Origin: Thermodesulfobacteriota bacterium
GTDB taxonomy: Bacteria; Desulfobacterota_D; UBA1144; Nemesobacterales; UBA2774
Assembly (NCBI GenBank): GCA_965216785.1
Contig: OZ244197.1
Location: 448,001 to 512,000, forward strand
Length of the DNA: 64,000 nt
Reading direction: 5' to 3'
Positions 10,967-21,294 of the stretch are shown here, piece after piece. A program made the translations under genes and the position numbers. The notes under the pieces were generated by a model. That model was not told the origin of the DNA, searched no databases, and was given only the letters and a program-made list of their open reading frames with translations. Position 1 is the stretch's first letter, and each line of letters opens with the position of its first letter.

Positions 10967-12076
10967 ATGAAATTCAAACAACTAGAAGCCTACAGCCAGG
11001 AAGCAGAATTTATTAACCTCGATATAACCGATTCAGATGAGCTTGAGCACTCATTGGATTCTGAATTTGAGGATTCAGAGGATCAGTCGGAAAATAAGGG
11101 CAATCGGAATAGAAGAGAAGATAACAGCACTCCTGACCCAAATTACAGGCTGCTGTCCGCATATTTCAAAGACCTTAGCTCCGAGGGACTTCTTAATAGA
11201 AGGGACGAAGCCGTGCTCGCCTCTAAGATAAAGCTCTGCAATGAAAATAAGGATAGAATCGATAAAATTCTTGACTCGAAATCTTTTTCGAACAGACCTG
11301 AAAGCGATAAGAGGGCGCTGCGGACACTCAAAGAAATTTATGAAACAAAATCCCTTGAAGCTAGGGATAAATTTATCAAATCTAACCTAAGACTCGTAAT
11401 CGAGCTCTCTAACCGCTACCTGGGCAAGGGACTGCCGCTCGGAGACCTTATACAGGAAGGGAACATCGGTTTAATGAAAGCAGTGGGTAAGTTCGATCAC
11501 ACAAAGGGGTTTAAGTTTTCAACTTACGCCGCGTGGTGGATCCATCAGTCCCTGTCGAGAGCTACAATGGAGAAGACTCATGTGATAGCAATACCGGTCT
11601 ACCTTCAGGAAATGACTTCAAAAGTATATAAAGCAAAGAACAAGCTGGAGCATAACCAGAACATTACCGCAACTCACGAGCAAATTGCCGGGGAGGCTAA
11701 AGTTTCACTAGACTCCGTTAAGACAATCTTGCAGGGTAGAGACCTAGTTGTACCGATTGAGCTTAACTCAGAAGACGGCGATTCAAAGACATACCTGGAT
11801 ATTGCTCCCGACCCAAGGAGCAAACGGCCGGAATTTTATTTATCGATGAGATCGATAAAAAAGGAAATAAGAGGCTCCCTGAGCATATTAAACGAAAGGG
11901 AAAGGGACGTGCTCAAGATGAGGTTCGGTATTGACTACGAAGACGACCACAAGCTTGACCAAATCGCCACCAAATACGGCTTGAGCCGCGAGCGCATCAG
12001 ACAGATTGAAAGTGAGGCGCTCAACAAACTCGCTCACTCGGAACGCGGGCATGTGCTAAGGGGTTTACTAAATTAG
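10967..12076 (+). CDS. RpoD/RpoS-like (group 2-type) sigma70 factor lacking a recognisable region 1.1
   Basis: Region 2 NLRLVI...DLIQEGNIGLMKAVGKFDHTKGFKFSTYAAWWI and region 4 LSRERIRQIE. It is 369 aa and diverged from primary RpoD. Confidence 0.88.
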   Translation: MKFKQLEAYSQEAEFINLDITDSDELEHSLDSEFEDSEDQSENKGNRNRREDNSTPDPNYRLLSAYFKDLSSEGLLNRRDEAVLASKIKLCNENKDRIDKILDSKSFSNRPESDKRALRTLKEIYETKSLEARDKFIKSNLRLVIELSNRYLGKGLPLGDLIQEGNIGLMKAVGKFDHTKGFKFSTYAAWWIHQSLSRATMEKTHVIAIPVYLQEMTSKVYKAKNKLEHNQNITATHEQIAGEAKVSLDSVKTILQGRDLVVPIELNSEDGDSKTYLDIAPDPRSKRPEFYLSMRSIKKEIRGSLSILNERERDVLKMRFGIDYEDDHKLDQIATKYGLSRERIRQIESEALNKLAHSERGHVLRGLLN

Positions 12077-12144
12077 TTGGTATAAAGCTCTAGGGGATAG
12101 ATGGGGACTCTGGAGCCTGGGCCCGGACTGCAGATATATTTACA

Positions 12145-13092
12145 CTAAGTATTTGCTGCGCTTGTGAATTTGATTGAATCCGGAAACGGGAACCTAGTGT
12201 TCTCTTCTTTTCCGTCTAGCTCCTGGATGCTGTCCGCTCCAAATTCTTCAAGCTTCTGAATAACCTCTAAAACTACCGTCTCGGGCGTCGAAGCGCCGGA
12301 GCTTAGGCCTACTACCGTATCTTCACTAAACATTTCGGGCCTCAGGTCCTGAGCGCCCTCTATGAGACACGCCTTCTCCACACCGCTTGCTTTAGCGACT
12401 TCCACCAAGCGGTTAGAGTTGGAGCTCTCAGGGGAGCCCATAATAAATATCATGTCTGCCTGCTTGGAGAGAGCTTTCACAGCGTCCTGACGGTTTTGCG
12501 TAGCGTAGCATATGTCGAGCTTTGAAGGGCTTAGTACTTTAGGGAATCTCCGCTTAAGCGTCTCCACAATCTCGCGCGTATCGTCTACGCTAAGCGTGGT
12601 CTGTGTAACATAAGCGATTTTCTCTGGATCAGGCACTGAAAGACTTTCCGCTTCCTCTACGGATTCAACCACTATTACCTTGTCGGGGGCCTCTCCGCTT
12701 GTGCCGATAACTTCAACATGGTTTCTGTGGCCTATGAGTATTATTGTGTAGTCAAGCTCAGCGTAGTGCGTTACTTCCTGGTGCACCTTCGTAACCAGTG
12801 GGCAGACGGCGTCCACGACTTCAAGACCTCTTTCTCTGGCTTCCTTCCAAACCTGTGGGCTTATCCCATGGGCGCTGAATATCACTTTTGCGCCTTTTTC
12901 TTCTATTTCACCTAAAGATTCTACAAACCTCACGCCTTTATTTTTAAGAGACTCTACAACTCGCTTATTGTGTACGATTGCGTGCCGCACATAGATCGGC
13001 GGTCCGTACATTTCAAGCGCCCTTTCAACTATCTCGATCGCCCTGTCCACCCCGGCGCAAAAACCTCTGGGCTTGGCTACTATGACCCGCAT
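12145..13092 (-). CDS. ispH: 4-hydroxy-3-methylbut-2-enyl diphosphate reductase
   Basis: PRGFCAGVDRAI, CPLVTKVH, ICYATQNRQ and SSNSNRL; start at MRVIV (13092). Confidence 0.96.
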   Translation of the reverse strand: MRVIVAKPRGFCAGVDRAIEIVERALEMYGPPIYVRHAIVHNKRVVESLKNKGVRFVESLGEIEEKGAKVIFSAHGISPQVWKEARERGLEVVDAVCPLVTKVHQEVTHYAELDYTIILIGHRNHVEVIGTSGEAPDKVIVVESVEEAESLSVPDPEKIAYVTQTTLSVDDTREIVETLKRRFPKVLSPSKLDICYATQNRQDAVKALSKQADMIFIMGSPESSNSNRLVEVAKASGVEKACLIEGAQDLRPEMFSEDTVVGLSSGASTPETVVLEVIQKLEEFGADSIQELDGKEENTRFPFPDSIKFTSAANT

Positions 13093-13290
13093 TTGTTCTC
13101 CTCGAAAACTGTATAAGCTACCTATAACTATACTCAAAGATTATGTACATAAAAGGCTGAACCCAGTAGTTTTATACCAGATTTCTCTCTAATCCGTACA
13201 CATCCAAAGGAAGTAAGCCCCTTGTAAGTTCTGGGTAAATATATAAGAATGTTAGTACTAGAGAGAAATTCATAAGGGAGATCACGCAAA

Positions 13291-14079
13291 ATGAGACTAA
13301 AGGACAAAGTTGCGATTGTTACAGGAGGATCATCCGGGATCGGGAAAGCCATTGCGCTTGGTTATGTGAAGGAAGGGGCAAAGGTTATGATAGCGGCGCT
13401 TCACGAAGACAAGTGTGAGGAAACAGTTGAGGAAATAAAGAAAATGGACGGAGAAGCGATCTACTACACTCTTGATGTGGCGGACCTTGAAGCTCAGAAA
13501 AAAATGCTCGCGGCCACGTTAGAGGCATACGGTAAAGTGGATATACTGGTTAATAACGCCGGTTACTCGAGAAGAGAGAGTATATTCGAAGTGACTCCAG
13601 AGAATTGGGATAAAATCCTCGATATTAGCCTAAAGAGCGTATTCTTTTTATCTCAAGTTTTCGCGGATCAGGTTATAACACAGGGCAGTCCCGGAAGAAT
13701 AATCAACATCGGCTCTGTTGCCGGTATTATGGATTTTCACCCGCTATCTATCGCCTACCACGTTGCAAAAGCGGGAGTTATACATATGACCAGGGTGATG
13801 GGAGCCGATCTTGCGGAGCACAATATAACCGTTAACTGCATAAGCCCGGGCTCTACTAAAACTCCGCTCTCAAGCTCTGCTGACCCTGAGTACAGGGACT
13901 GGATGACTGAAGGGATTCCTGAAGGGCGTATGGCAAACCCGGAAGAAATGGCGCCCCCTGCTATTATGTTTGCAGGAGACGACACCGCTTATATAACGGG
14001 CCAAACTATATACGTTGAGGGAGGGGCGCTTGCGGTTTACCTCGGACGCGCTCACCGTCACGAAACAGAGCACAAATAA
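13291..14079 (+). CDS. Classical SDR family NAD(P)-dependent oxidoreductase
   Basis: TGGSSGIG, NNAG and YHVAK (YxxxK). Confidence 0.92.
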   Translation: MRLKDKVAIVTGGSSGIGKAIALGYVKEGAKVMIAALHEDKCEETVEEIKKMDGEAIYYTLDVADLEAQKKMLAATLEAYGKVDILVNNAGYSRRESIFEVTPENWDKILDISLKSVFFLSQVFADQVITQGSPGRIINIGSVAGIMDFHPLSIAYHVAKAGVIHMTRVMGADLAEHNITVNCISPGSTKTPLSSSADPEYRDWMTEGIPEGRMANPEEMAPPAIMFAGDDTAYITGQTIYVEGGALAVYLGRAHRHETEHK

Positions 14080-14088
14080 GAAATGGCG

Positions 14089-14688
14089 TTAATCGACTTC
14101 TAAAATTACATCCGCCCTATTCTTGTGCGCATACAGGTAAGGGAGATAATGATTGTAAAATATATCCTTTTTCTGAAGCCAACCGCTGTGATCGAGGTGC
14201 CTTACGCTCTCATCCCGCACGTGAGCCCTCTCTAGAGCTACTTCCTGCGGCACATCCAGAAAAACCCTAAGGTCAACAAATGCGTCCAAATCTTCGTGGC
14301 AGGAAAAAAGACCTTCTAAAATCAGGTAATCGCAATCCGTGGCATCAATTTGGAGCTCGTCGTCAAATTGCCCATTGGATAGATTGTAAAGCTCATTCAC
14401 ACTGAACCGCTCTTTTCTTTTGACTGACTCAAGAGCTTGTCTTATCTTCTGAAGATCATACCAAGTGTGCAGCTCTACATCATGTGCCTCTATTCTCTGT
14501 GGCCATTCCGACCTCGGCACACTGACGAAGAGGTCAGTAGATATTTGCTGGGCTTTCCCGCCTAACTTTTCTTTCAGTAAATTCGCTTCGTAGCTCTTCC
14601 CGCTGCCAATCATACCTTCAAAGGCAATGACATAGGGGTGCTTCTTTTCTTTACTGAGAATATACTCTACAATTTCAGGTAATTTCAT
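14089..14688 (-). CDS. Uridine kinase-like P-loop kinase
   Basis: Walker A GMIGSGKS and LILEGLF; size fits the Udk/PRK family. Confidence 0.7.
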   Translation of the reverse strand: MKLPEIVEYILSKEKKHPYVIAFEGMIGSGKSYEANLLKEKLGGKAQQISTDLFVSVPRSEWPQRIEAHDVELHTWYDLQKIRQALESVKRKERFSVNELYNLSNGQFDDELQIDATDCDYLILEGLFSCHEDLDAFVDLRVFLDVPQEVALERAHVRDESVRHLDHSGWLQKKDIFYNHYLPYLYAHKNRADVILEVD

Positions 14689-14752
14689 TCAGTGCTCTTT
14701 ACTACTTTACACTAATTTTGGCCAAACAGATAACCTACTCCTCACACGCGGC

Positions 14753-14782
14753 TTGACAAAAGCTGAGCAGTAATGATATACA
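14753..14782 (+). promoter_or_regulatory. Sigma70 promoter of the MFS gene
   Basis: TTGACA (14753), 18-bp spacer containing TG, then TATACA; AGGAG RBS downstream. Confidence 0.5.
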
Positions 14783-14810
14783 GATATTACCAATTCTTAA
14801 GGAGAGTAGG

Positions 14811-16097
14811 ATGGCTAGCGAATCTGCATCTGACTATCGGGTTAAAAATGTAGTCGCCGGATGTGTAGGGAATGTGCTCGAGTGGTATGATTTTGCTCTT
14901 TACGGATTTTTCGCACCCATTATTGCCAAACTTTTCTTCCCTTCGGACGACCAATTAACGGGACTTCTAGCCACCTTCGGCATATTTGCAGTAGGGTTTC
15001 TGATGCGCCCTATCGGCTCTGTCCTATTCGGCATTCTTGGAGATAGACTCGGACGCAAGAAAGCGCTTGAAATCTCTGTAGTTATGATGGCAATCCCGAC
15101 TACATTGATTGGAGTGTTGCCGACGTATGAGTCCGTGGGAGTATTGGCGCCTGTACTGCTCACTATAATAAGACTTATTCAGGGAATATCGGTTGGCGGC
15201 GAGTTCACAGGTTCTATCTCGTATGTGGTCGAGCACGCTCCTTACCCTCCGGGGAGAAGAGGTTTTTACAGCAGCTGGACCGTGTTCAGCCTGCTTGGCG
15301 GAATCCTTCTGGGATCGGCGATTGCCTCGATAGTTACGGACTTTTTTACGGATTCCCAAGTGCAAAGCTTCGGGTGGAGAATTCCGTTCTTACTCGGATT
15401 GGTTATAGGCATAATCGGACTATTTTTAAGATCGGGAATAGATGAATCGCCTGCGTTCAAGAAAATGAAAGAAGCGGGCACATTGTCAAAGAAACCGATA
15501 AAAGACGCGTTTAAGTACCATTGGAAAGAAATAATAACTGTAATCGGCGCTACATGCGTTGGCGCGGTGAACTTTTATATGATCTTCGTCTATCTCACGA
15601 CATTTCTGTCAACCGAAACTCACCTGGACCTGTCAACCGCGCTTGAAATAAACACTGTTAGCATGATCGTACTCATGATTATTACACCAATAATGGGTTA
15701 TTTATCCGATAAGATCGGCAGAAAACCCATATTAATCGGGGGCTGCTTAATAATAGCCATTTTCTCCTACCCGCTATTCGTGGAATTTGCTAAAGGCGAT
15801 GCGCTTCACGATCTATTATCTCAATTGGTTTTCGCCCTAGGGCTGTCTATGGTATTCGGCCCGTTCGGAGCTATGATGATAGAGCTGTTCCCTGCAAAGA
15901 TACGTATGAGCGCCGTCTCAATTGGCTATAACCTTGGCTTTGCCGTGTTCGGAGGAACAGCGCCTTTTATTGCAACATATCTGATCGACGTTACAGGAGA
16001 TAAGCTTTCTCCAAGCTATTATCTCATACTGTCGGCAATTATATCGCTAATTGTATTCGCAAGAATAAGGGAATCTTATCAGGACGACGTGGATTGA
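14811..16097 (+). CDS. MFS metabolite:H+ symporter (ProP/MHS family)
   Basis: GNVLEWYDF, MRPIG, DRLGRK, QGISVGGEF and WRIPFL. Confidence 0.92.
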   Translation: MASESASDYRVKNVVAGCVGNVLEWYDFALYGFFAPIIAKLFFPSDDQLTGLLATFGIFAVGFLMRPIGSVLFGILGDRLGRKKALEISVVMMAIPTTLIGVLPTYESVGVLAPVLLTIIRLIQGISVGGEFTGSISYVVEHAPYPPGRRGFYSSWTVFSLLGGILLGSAIASIVTDFFTDSQVQSFGWRIPFLLGLVIGIIGLFLRSGIDESPAFKKMKEAGTLSKKPIKDAFKYHWKEIITVIGATCVGAVNFYMIFVYLTTFLSTETHLDLSTALEINTVSMIVLMIITPIMGYLSDKIGRKPILIGGCLIIAIFSYPLFVEFAKGDALHDLLSQLVFALGLSMVFGPFGAMMIELFPAKIRMSAVSIGYNLGFAVFGGTAPFIATYLIDVTGDKLSPSYYLILSAIISLIVFARIRESYQDDVD

Positions 16098-16134
16098 TCT
16101 TAATCAGCAATAATTATTTCATAGGAGGGAAAAT

Positions 16135-16731
16135 ATGAGAGAAATAATTTTTAAAAGGTGGAGTTTGTTAAAGGTACTTACTCTTGTCCTTTGCTCATCC
16201 GCTGTTCTGGGTCTTGCCGCTTCTTGCGACAACGACAGTAACGCTCAGGACAATGAGATTGAGTTTACGGAAACTTACTCCGGAAGCTTTGAGACCGCTC
16301 CCGCGGCTACGGACTCAAACGACGATGGTAGGCCTGCAAACCTGGGGCAGTTCTTGGGCACAAGCACATTTGGAAACGTTTCCATCCAGAGTTTGAATGA
16401 GTTTGAGCCAGTTCTTGAAAACGCAAATTGCGACCCGGGAGAGGACGAGTTTACTTTGGTACAGGGACATTTCGTAAAGCGTTTCTCAAACAACGAGCTT
16501 ATATTCGGCACGTGGGAAAGCGGAGTTAGCTGCTTTGATCCCGTTACGAGTATTGCTACTACGACTCAAGTAGGCACCTTTACTGGCGGGACCGGTCAGT
16601 TCGAAAACGCAACGGGGCCGATACAAATAGATTTCACGTCCACTTTCCTGGCCTCACCAGCTGTGGACGGGTTTACATTTGGCGGGACAAGTGGCACCGG
16701 ATTCGGGACAATTATTTACAACGGTGAATAA
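16135..16731 (+). CDS. Hypothetical lipoprotein, acidic and beta-rich
   Basis: AGGAGG RBS, lipobox LAASC and GGTGQFENATG (motif of allene-oxide-cyclase/dirigent-like barrels). Confidence 0.65.
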   Translation: MREIIFKRWSLLKVLTLVLCSSAVLGLAASCDNDSNAQDNEIEFTETYSGSFETAPAATDSNDDGRPANLGQFLGTSTFGNVSIQSLNEFEPVLENANCDPGEDEFTLVQGHFVKRFSNNELIFGTWESGVSCFDPVTSIATTTQVGTFTGGTGQFENATGPIQIDFTSTFLASPAVDGFTFGGTSGTGFGTIIYNGE

Positions 16732-16766
16732 ATGAGAGGATGTTAAACGTACCGAGCGGCATTTAT

Positions 16767-17513
16767 TTAAAATAATCCGAAAAGCTTTAGCGCAACTACG
16801 AAAATTGCGGCTATCAAAACGTAGCGGATTATTTTCTCTCCGCCTCTGACAGAAATACGAGCGGACCACCAACCGCCGAGCGCGTTTCCGGCGGCCAGAA
16901 CGAGTCCCAGAAGCCAGTCTACATTATCTGTCCATATGAAAATAATGAGCGCGGGTATTGTAAAAATCATAGTAATAAAAACCTTATGCATATTTACAAA
17001 CACGAGGTTCATCTTTAAAAGGTGATAAAGAGCGGCCATAATCAAAAATCCAACTCCAACCTGAACAAAACCGCCGTAAAACCCTATCGCGAACATTATA
17101 GGGTATATAAACCAAGTCTTTTTCCCTTCCTCTGTTGTGATAGCGTTATTAGACTGAGGGACAAGCATCGAGACGATTATTCCTATCATTATCACGCCGA
17201 GAATCCTCTCAAACCACTCATCGCTTATTCTGATTGCAACTGCAGCCCCAAGGACAGCCCCGGGGATGGTGAAGGCCGCCAGTCTTAAGCTCAGATTCAA
17301 TCCCGATATTTTCTCTTTACGAAACGAAAGGGTCGCGAAAATGCTCTGTATCAATATCCCGACCCTGTTTGTGCCGTTCGCACTAGCGCTATCGAGCCCT
17401 AAGAAAATAAGCGCGGGCAGGGTCAAGCTCGAGCCGCCTCCGGCCATGACGTTAATTACTCCCGCCACCACACCTACGCCGAAGAGTATGAGTATTTCAA
17501 AGTATTCCGGCAT
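16767..17513 (-). CDS. TSUP/TauE-SafE family membrane transporter
   Basis: AGVINVMAGGGS, ANGTNR and GFYGGFVQVGVG. Confidence 0.9.
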   Translation of the reverse strand: MPEYFEILILFGVGVVAGVINVMAGGGSSLTLPALIFLGLDSASANGTNRVGILIQSIFATLSFRKEKISGLNLSLRLAAFTIPGAVLGAAVAIRISDEWFERILGVIMIGIIVSMLVPQSNNAITTEEGKKTWFIYPIMFAIGFYGGFVQVGVGFLIMAALYHLLKMNLVFVNMHKVFITMIFTIPALIIFIWTDNVDWLLGLVLAAGNALGGWWSARISVRGGEKIIRYVLIAAIFVVALKLFGLF

Positions 17514-17649
17514 ATATATCACGTTTTCCGCAGTTTAATAAAGTACATTATGGATGCGTAATTATACTTTTTTATCACAGTTGATAAAATACTCGTGATC
17601 AATCAGCTAAAAGTCCTTAAATGTTGCCACCGACAGGAGCAAATCAGTA

Positions 17650-18972
17650 ATGCTGGATAAGTTTTTTAATTTAAGCGCACAGGGAACCACTGCTAGAACA
17701 GAAGTAGTTGGCGGGATCACGACGTTTATGACCATGTCTTATATTATATTCGTACAGCCTGCCGTGCTGGGAGCAGCCGGCATGGACCCGGGGGCGGTGA
17801 TGACGGCAACATGCTTGTCTGCTGCGCTCGGGACGATCGTAATGGCGGTACTCACCAACTACCCCATAGCTCAGGCCCCCGCAATGGGTCATAACTTCTA
17901 TTTCTCATATATTGTCGTACTTACTCTCGGGTACACATGGCAGGAAGCGCTGGGGGCAGTATTTATTGCAGGCGCGCTGTTTATCCTGCTTTCTACAGTA
18001 GGACTCAGGGAAACGCTGATGAGCGCTCTGCCCGAGTGCTTAAAGAACGGTATACCTGTGGGAATTGGGCTTCTCATCGCGCTGGTAGGGCTCGAGTGGT
18101 CTGGAATAGTTACAAGTCATCCGGTGACTTATGTTACTCTTGGAGACCTAAAATCAATTCCTACTTTAGTATCAATATTCGGTCTTATCGTAATGGCTGT
18201 TCTATTCGCTCTGAGAGTAAAGGGGGCGATACTGCTGGGCATAGTGGCTTCGCTAATTGCGGGCTTTATAGCGGGGATTGTCGAGTTTGTAGGCGTAGTA
18301 TCGGCTCCGCCTTCGCTCGATCCCACGCTGTTTAAGCTTGAGATACCCAACATTTTTAAAGACCCTCACCTGATTACAGTGATCTTCGTATTCCTTTTCC
18401 TGGACCTCTTTGACACGATCGGCTCGTTGATCGGCGTAAGCCAGCAGGCTGGGCTTATGAAGAACGGGAAGCTGCCCAAAGCAAGGGGAGCGCTGCTTTC
18501 AGACGCGGTAGCGACAAGCGCGGGGGCGCTGCTCGGCACATCTACTGTGACGAGTTATATTGAAAGCGCCTCGGGCATATCCGCAGGCGCAAGGACAGGG
18601 CTTTCCAATATTGTAGTCGCATTCCTATTTATCCTGGCGATATTCATTAGTCCGCTTGTGCATATGATAGGCTCGGGTTATCACACAGGTGACATAACGT
18701 TATATCCCGTGATTGCTCCGGCGCTAATCATCGTCGGGAGCTTGATGTTCAAAAACATTGTTAATATCAAGTGGGATGATTACACGGAATCTATCCCGGC
18801 TTTTTTAACGCTCATCATAATGCCCCTAGCGTTCAGTATCACCGAAGGGATATCGTTCGGGGTGATTTCCTATGTACTGCTAAAGGTAGTAAGCCGTAGG
18901 GGTAAAGAGGTCCACTGGCTGATATACGTGTTCGCACTACTTTTCGTAGCAAGATATATTTGGCTCGATTAG
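17650..18972 (+). CDS. NCS2/AzgA-type purine (guanine/hypoxanthine) permease
   Basis: GITTFMTMSYI, APAMG, DLFDTIG and YIESASGISAGARTGL. Confidence 0.92.
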   Translation: MLDKFFNLSAQGTTARTEVVGGITTFMTMSYIIFVQPAVLGAAGMDPGAVMTATCLSAALGTIVMAVLTNYPIAQAPAMGHNFYFSYIVVLTLGYTWQEALGAVFIAGALFILLSTVGLRETLMSALPECLKNGIPVGIGLLIALVGLEWSGIVTSHPVTYVTLGDLKSIPTLVSIFGLIVMAVLFALRVKGAILLGIVASLIAGFIAGIVEFVGVVSAPPSLDPTLFKLEIPNIFKDPHLITVIFVFLFLDLFDTIGSLIGVSQQAGLMKNGKLPKARGALLSDAVATSAGALLGTSTVTSYIESASGISAGARTGLSNIVVAFLFILAIFISPLVHMIGSGYHTGDITLYPVIAPALIIVGSLMFKNIVNIKWDDYTESIPAFLTLIIMPLAFSITEGISFGVISYVLLKVVSRRGKEVHWLIYVFALLFVARYIWLD

Positions 18973-18988
18973 TGATGAGAAGCGCGCT

Positions 18989-19714
18989 CTAAAGCCAGGG
19001 TGCGGCGGCTTTATCGAGGTACCATTCAAGCACACCGTCAGAGGGGTTCACCATTGATGCGGGATAGGGAAGCGGTTTACCGCCGCTATCCATTATTTCC
19101 TTGAGTACAGGTGCTTTTGAGTCACCAGCCACGAGAAAAGAGACTCTCTTTGCGTTATTTAAGACCGGGAATGTAACGCTTATTCTCTTTTGCCCTGTTT
19201 CGGGACGCACTGCAACGACGCAGACCCTGTCCCTTTCCTCAAGTGTCGGGGCTCCGGGGAAAAGAGAAGCCGTATGACCGTCGGGCCCCATCCCGAGGAA
19301 TATCCAGTCAAAACGTGGAAAGCCATTAGCTGACAATGGAATAAACTCTTTAATTTCCTGCTCGTACCTGAGCGCCTCGTTATGGGGAGGATCTTCACCA
19401 AGTACTCTGTGTATATTGTCTGAGGGAATGACTATATTTGAGAGTAGCGCCCCGTTTGTCATTTTAAAATTGCTTTCGTCGTTATCAGGAGGAACGCAGC
19501 GCTCATCGCCCCAGAAAAAGACAACTTTATTCCAGGCTATGCTGTCACGGTACTGATCGGCAAGCACCTCGAAAAATGTCTTAGGAGTATGACCGCCGGA
19601 TAGAGCCACTGTGAGAGACCCGCCGGAAGCCGCCTTTTCGCTTACGGCCGCGCTAAAGTCTTTAGCCAGCTGCTCTGCCAGCTCTTTTGAATCATTGAAT
19701 AAATATTGTTTCAT
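18989..19714 (-). CDS. pgl: 6-phosphogluconolactonase
   Basis: ALSGGHTP, FWGDERCVP and LGMGPDGHTASLFP. Confidence 0.95.
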   Translation of the reverse strand: MKQYLFNDSKELAEQLAKDFSAAVSEKAASGGSLTVALSGGHTPKTFFEVLADQYRDSIAWNKVVFFWGDERCVPPDNDESNFKMTNGALLSNIVIPSDNIHRVLGEDPPHNEALRYEQEIKEFIPLSANGFPRFDWIFLGMGPDGHTASLFPGAPTLEERDRVCVVAVRPETGQKRISVTFPVLNNAKRVSFLVAGDSKAPVLKEIMDSGGKPLPYPASMVNPSDGVLEWYLDKAAAPWL

Positions 19715-19758
19715 TACGGCCTCCTAAAACATCTTGCGGCAGCAAAGCCTTTTAAACC

Positions 19759-21294
19759 CTATAACTCGCAGTACTCGCCGTCGTGAACCAGGTTCTTACA
19801 TGGGTAGCGCCAGTCGTCATCTGGGTGATAGAACAGTCTTCTTGCTTCCGGTGGTCCCCATGTGCCGGCAGGGTAACCGTACATCTTAATTTTGGAGTTC
19901 CTCTCCCAGGTCTTTAGAATCGGGTCTACGAACTTCCAGCATGCTTCCACGGCATCAGCTCTCGCGTAGTGGGTAGCGTCGCCGAGTATACAGTCCAGAA
20001 TGAGCCGCTCATAGGCCTCGGGAATGTAGGCGTCCGCAAGCTCTGAGTAAAGAAAGTCCATCCCGACCTCTTTTATGACAAATCCGGCGCCAGGCTTTTT
20101 CATACCTATTTTAAGCAGGATCCCCTCGTCGGGCTGAATCCTTATTATGAGCTGGTTGGGAGTAGCCTCACATAGCTCGGTCTTGGTAAACAGGTGATGC
20201 GGTGTTCTCTTAAAATGGACAACAACTTCCGTAACACGGGTCGGAAGATATTTCCCCGTGCGGATATAAAACGGTACATCGCCCCAGCGCCAATTGTCTA
20301 CATATAACTTGAGCGCAACATACGTTGCCGTACGGGAGTCGGGGGCAACGTCTTTTTCCTGCCGGTAGCCCAGCACCTTTTTCCCTTTTATTTTGGACTC
20401 AACATACTGTCCCTGTACCGCGTACTTATTTACCTCACTCGGTTTAATCGGGCGAAGGGAATCAAACACTTTTACAGCCTCGTTCCGGACATCAGTCGCG
20501 TTGAAAAACGAAGGGGGCTCAATCGCTATCGTGCCCAGCACCTGAAGCAAGTGGTTTTGAACCATGTCCCTCATAGCTCCGTAATGGTCATAGTACCCTC
20601 CCCTGTTTTCGACCCCTATCGACTCCGCGGCAGTGATCTCTATGTGATCTATGTAGTTACGGTTCCAAAGGGGCTCGAATATGCCGTTTGAGAAACGCAG
20701 CGCAAAGATATCCTGAACTGTTTCCTTGCCGAGATAATGATCGATCCTGTATATCTGATCCTCGTCAAAAATACTTTGAAGGTCTTTGTTTAAGGCCCTG
20801 GCAGACTTTAAATCTCTACCAAAAGGCTTCTCAACTACAATCCTTTTCCACGAAGAGCTCTTACCCTCTTTCTGAAGACCCTTTTTCCCAAGGTTCTTGG
20901 CAATCGATGTGTATAAGCTTGGGGAAGTGGAGAGGTAGTAGATATAGTTTCCGCCAATTTTTAATTTTGAATCAATCTCAGTGAGTCTTTTCTTCAAATC
21001 GTCGTAGTGCTGGACCTGAGTCGCGTCAAACGCCTGATAGTAGAGGTGTTTTGAAAAAGCTCCTAGCTGTTTTTGATCGGCTCTCTTGAGATTAGCGTAG
21101 GTTTTTATATCGCTTACGATTTTCTTTCGGAATGCCGCGTCTGTATAAGGCGAGCGGCTCGTACCCAGAATCGCAAATTTCTTAGGGAGCAGGTTCTGAC
21201 GATAAAGGGCATAGATAGCGGGCATTAACTTTCTTTTCGTTAAATCTCCCGAAGCTCCGAATATAACAATTACGCAATTGTTCTCTTGTGCCAT
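19759..21294 (-). CDS. zwf: Glucose-6-phosphate 1-dehydrogenase
   Basis: FGASGDL, EKPFG, RIDHYLGKETV and RDMVQNHLLQ. Confidence 0.98.
   Translation of the reverse strand: MAQENNCVIVIFGASGDLTKRKLMPAIYALYRQNLLPKKFAILGTSRSPYTDAAFRKKIVSDIKTYANLKRADQKQLGAFSKHLYYQAFDATQVQHYDDLKKRLTEIDSKLKIGGNYIYYLSTSPSLYTSIAKNLGKKGLQKEGKSSSWKRIVVEKPFGRDLKSARALNKDLQSIFDEDQIYRIDHYLGKETVQDIFALRFSNGIFEPLWNRNYIDHIEITAAESIGVENRGGYYDHYGAMRDMVQNHLLQVLGTIAIEPPSFFNATDVRNEAVKVFDSLRPIKPSEVNKYAVQGQYVESKIKGKKVLGYRQEKDVAPDSRTATYVALKLYVDNWRWGDVPFYIRTGKYLPTRVTEVVVHFKRTPHHLFTKTELCEATPNQLIIRIQPDEGILLKIGMKKPGAGFVIKEVGMDFLYSELADAYIPEAYERLILDCILGDATHYARADAVEACWKFVDPILKTWERNSKIKMYGYPAGTWGPPEARRLFYHPDDDWRYPCKNLVHDGEYCEL

Noticed and set aside
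17590-17640. Possible purine riboswitch before the NCS2 permease (CTCGT...CCTTAAAT)
   Set aside because: It lacks the TTTCTACC junction and the P2/P3 stems, and there is no room for an expression platform.
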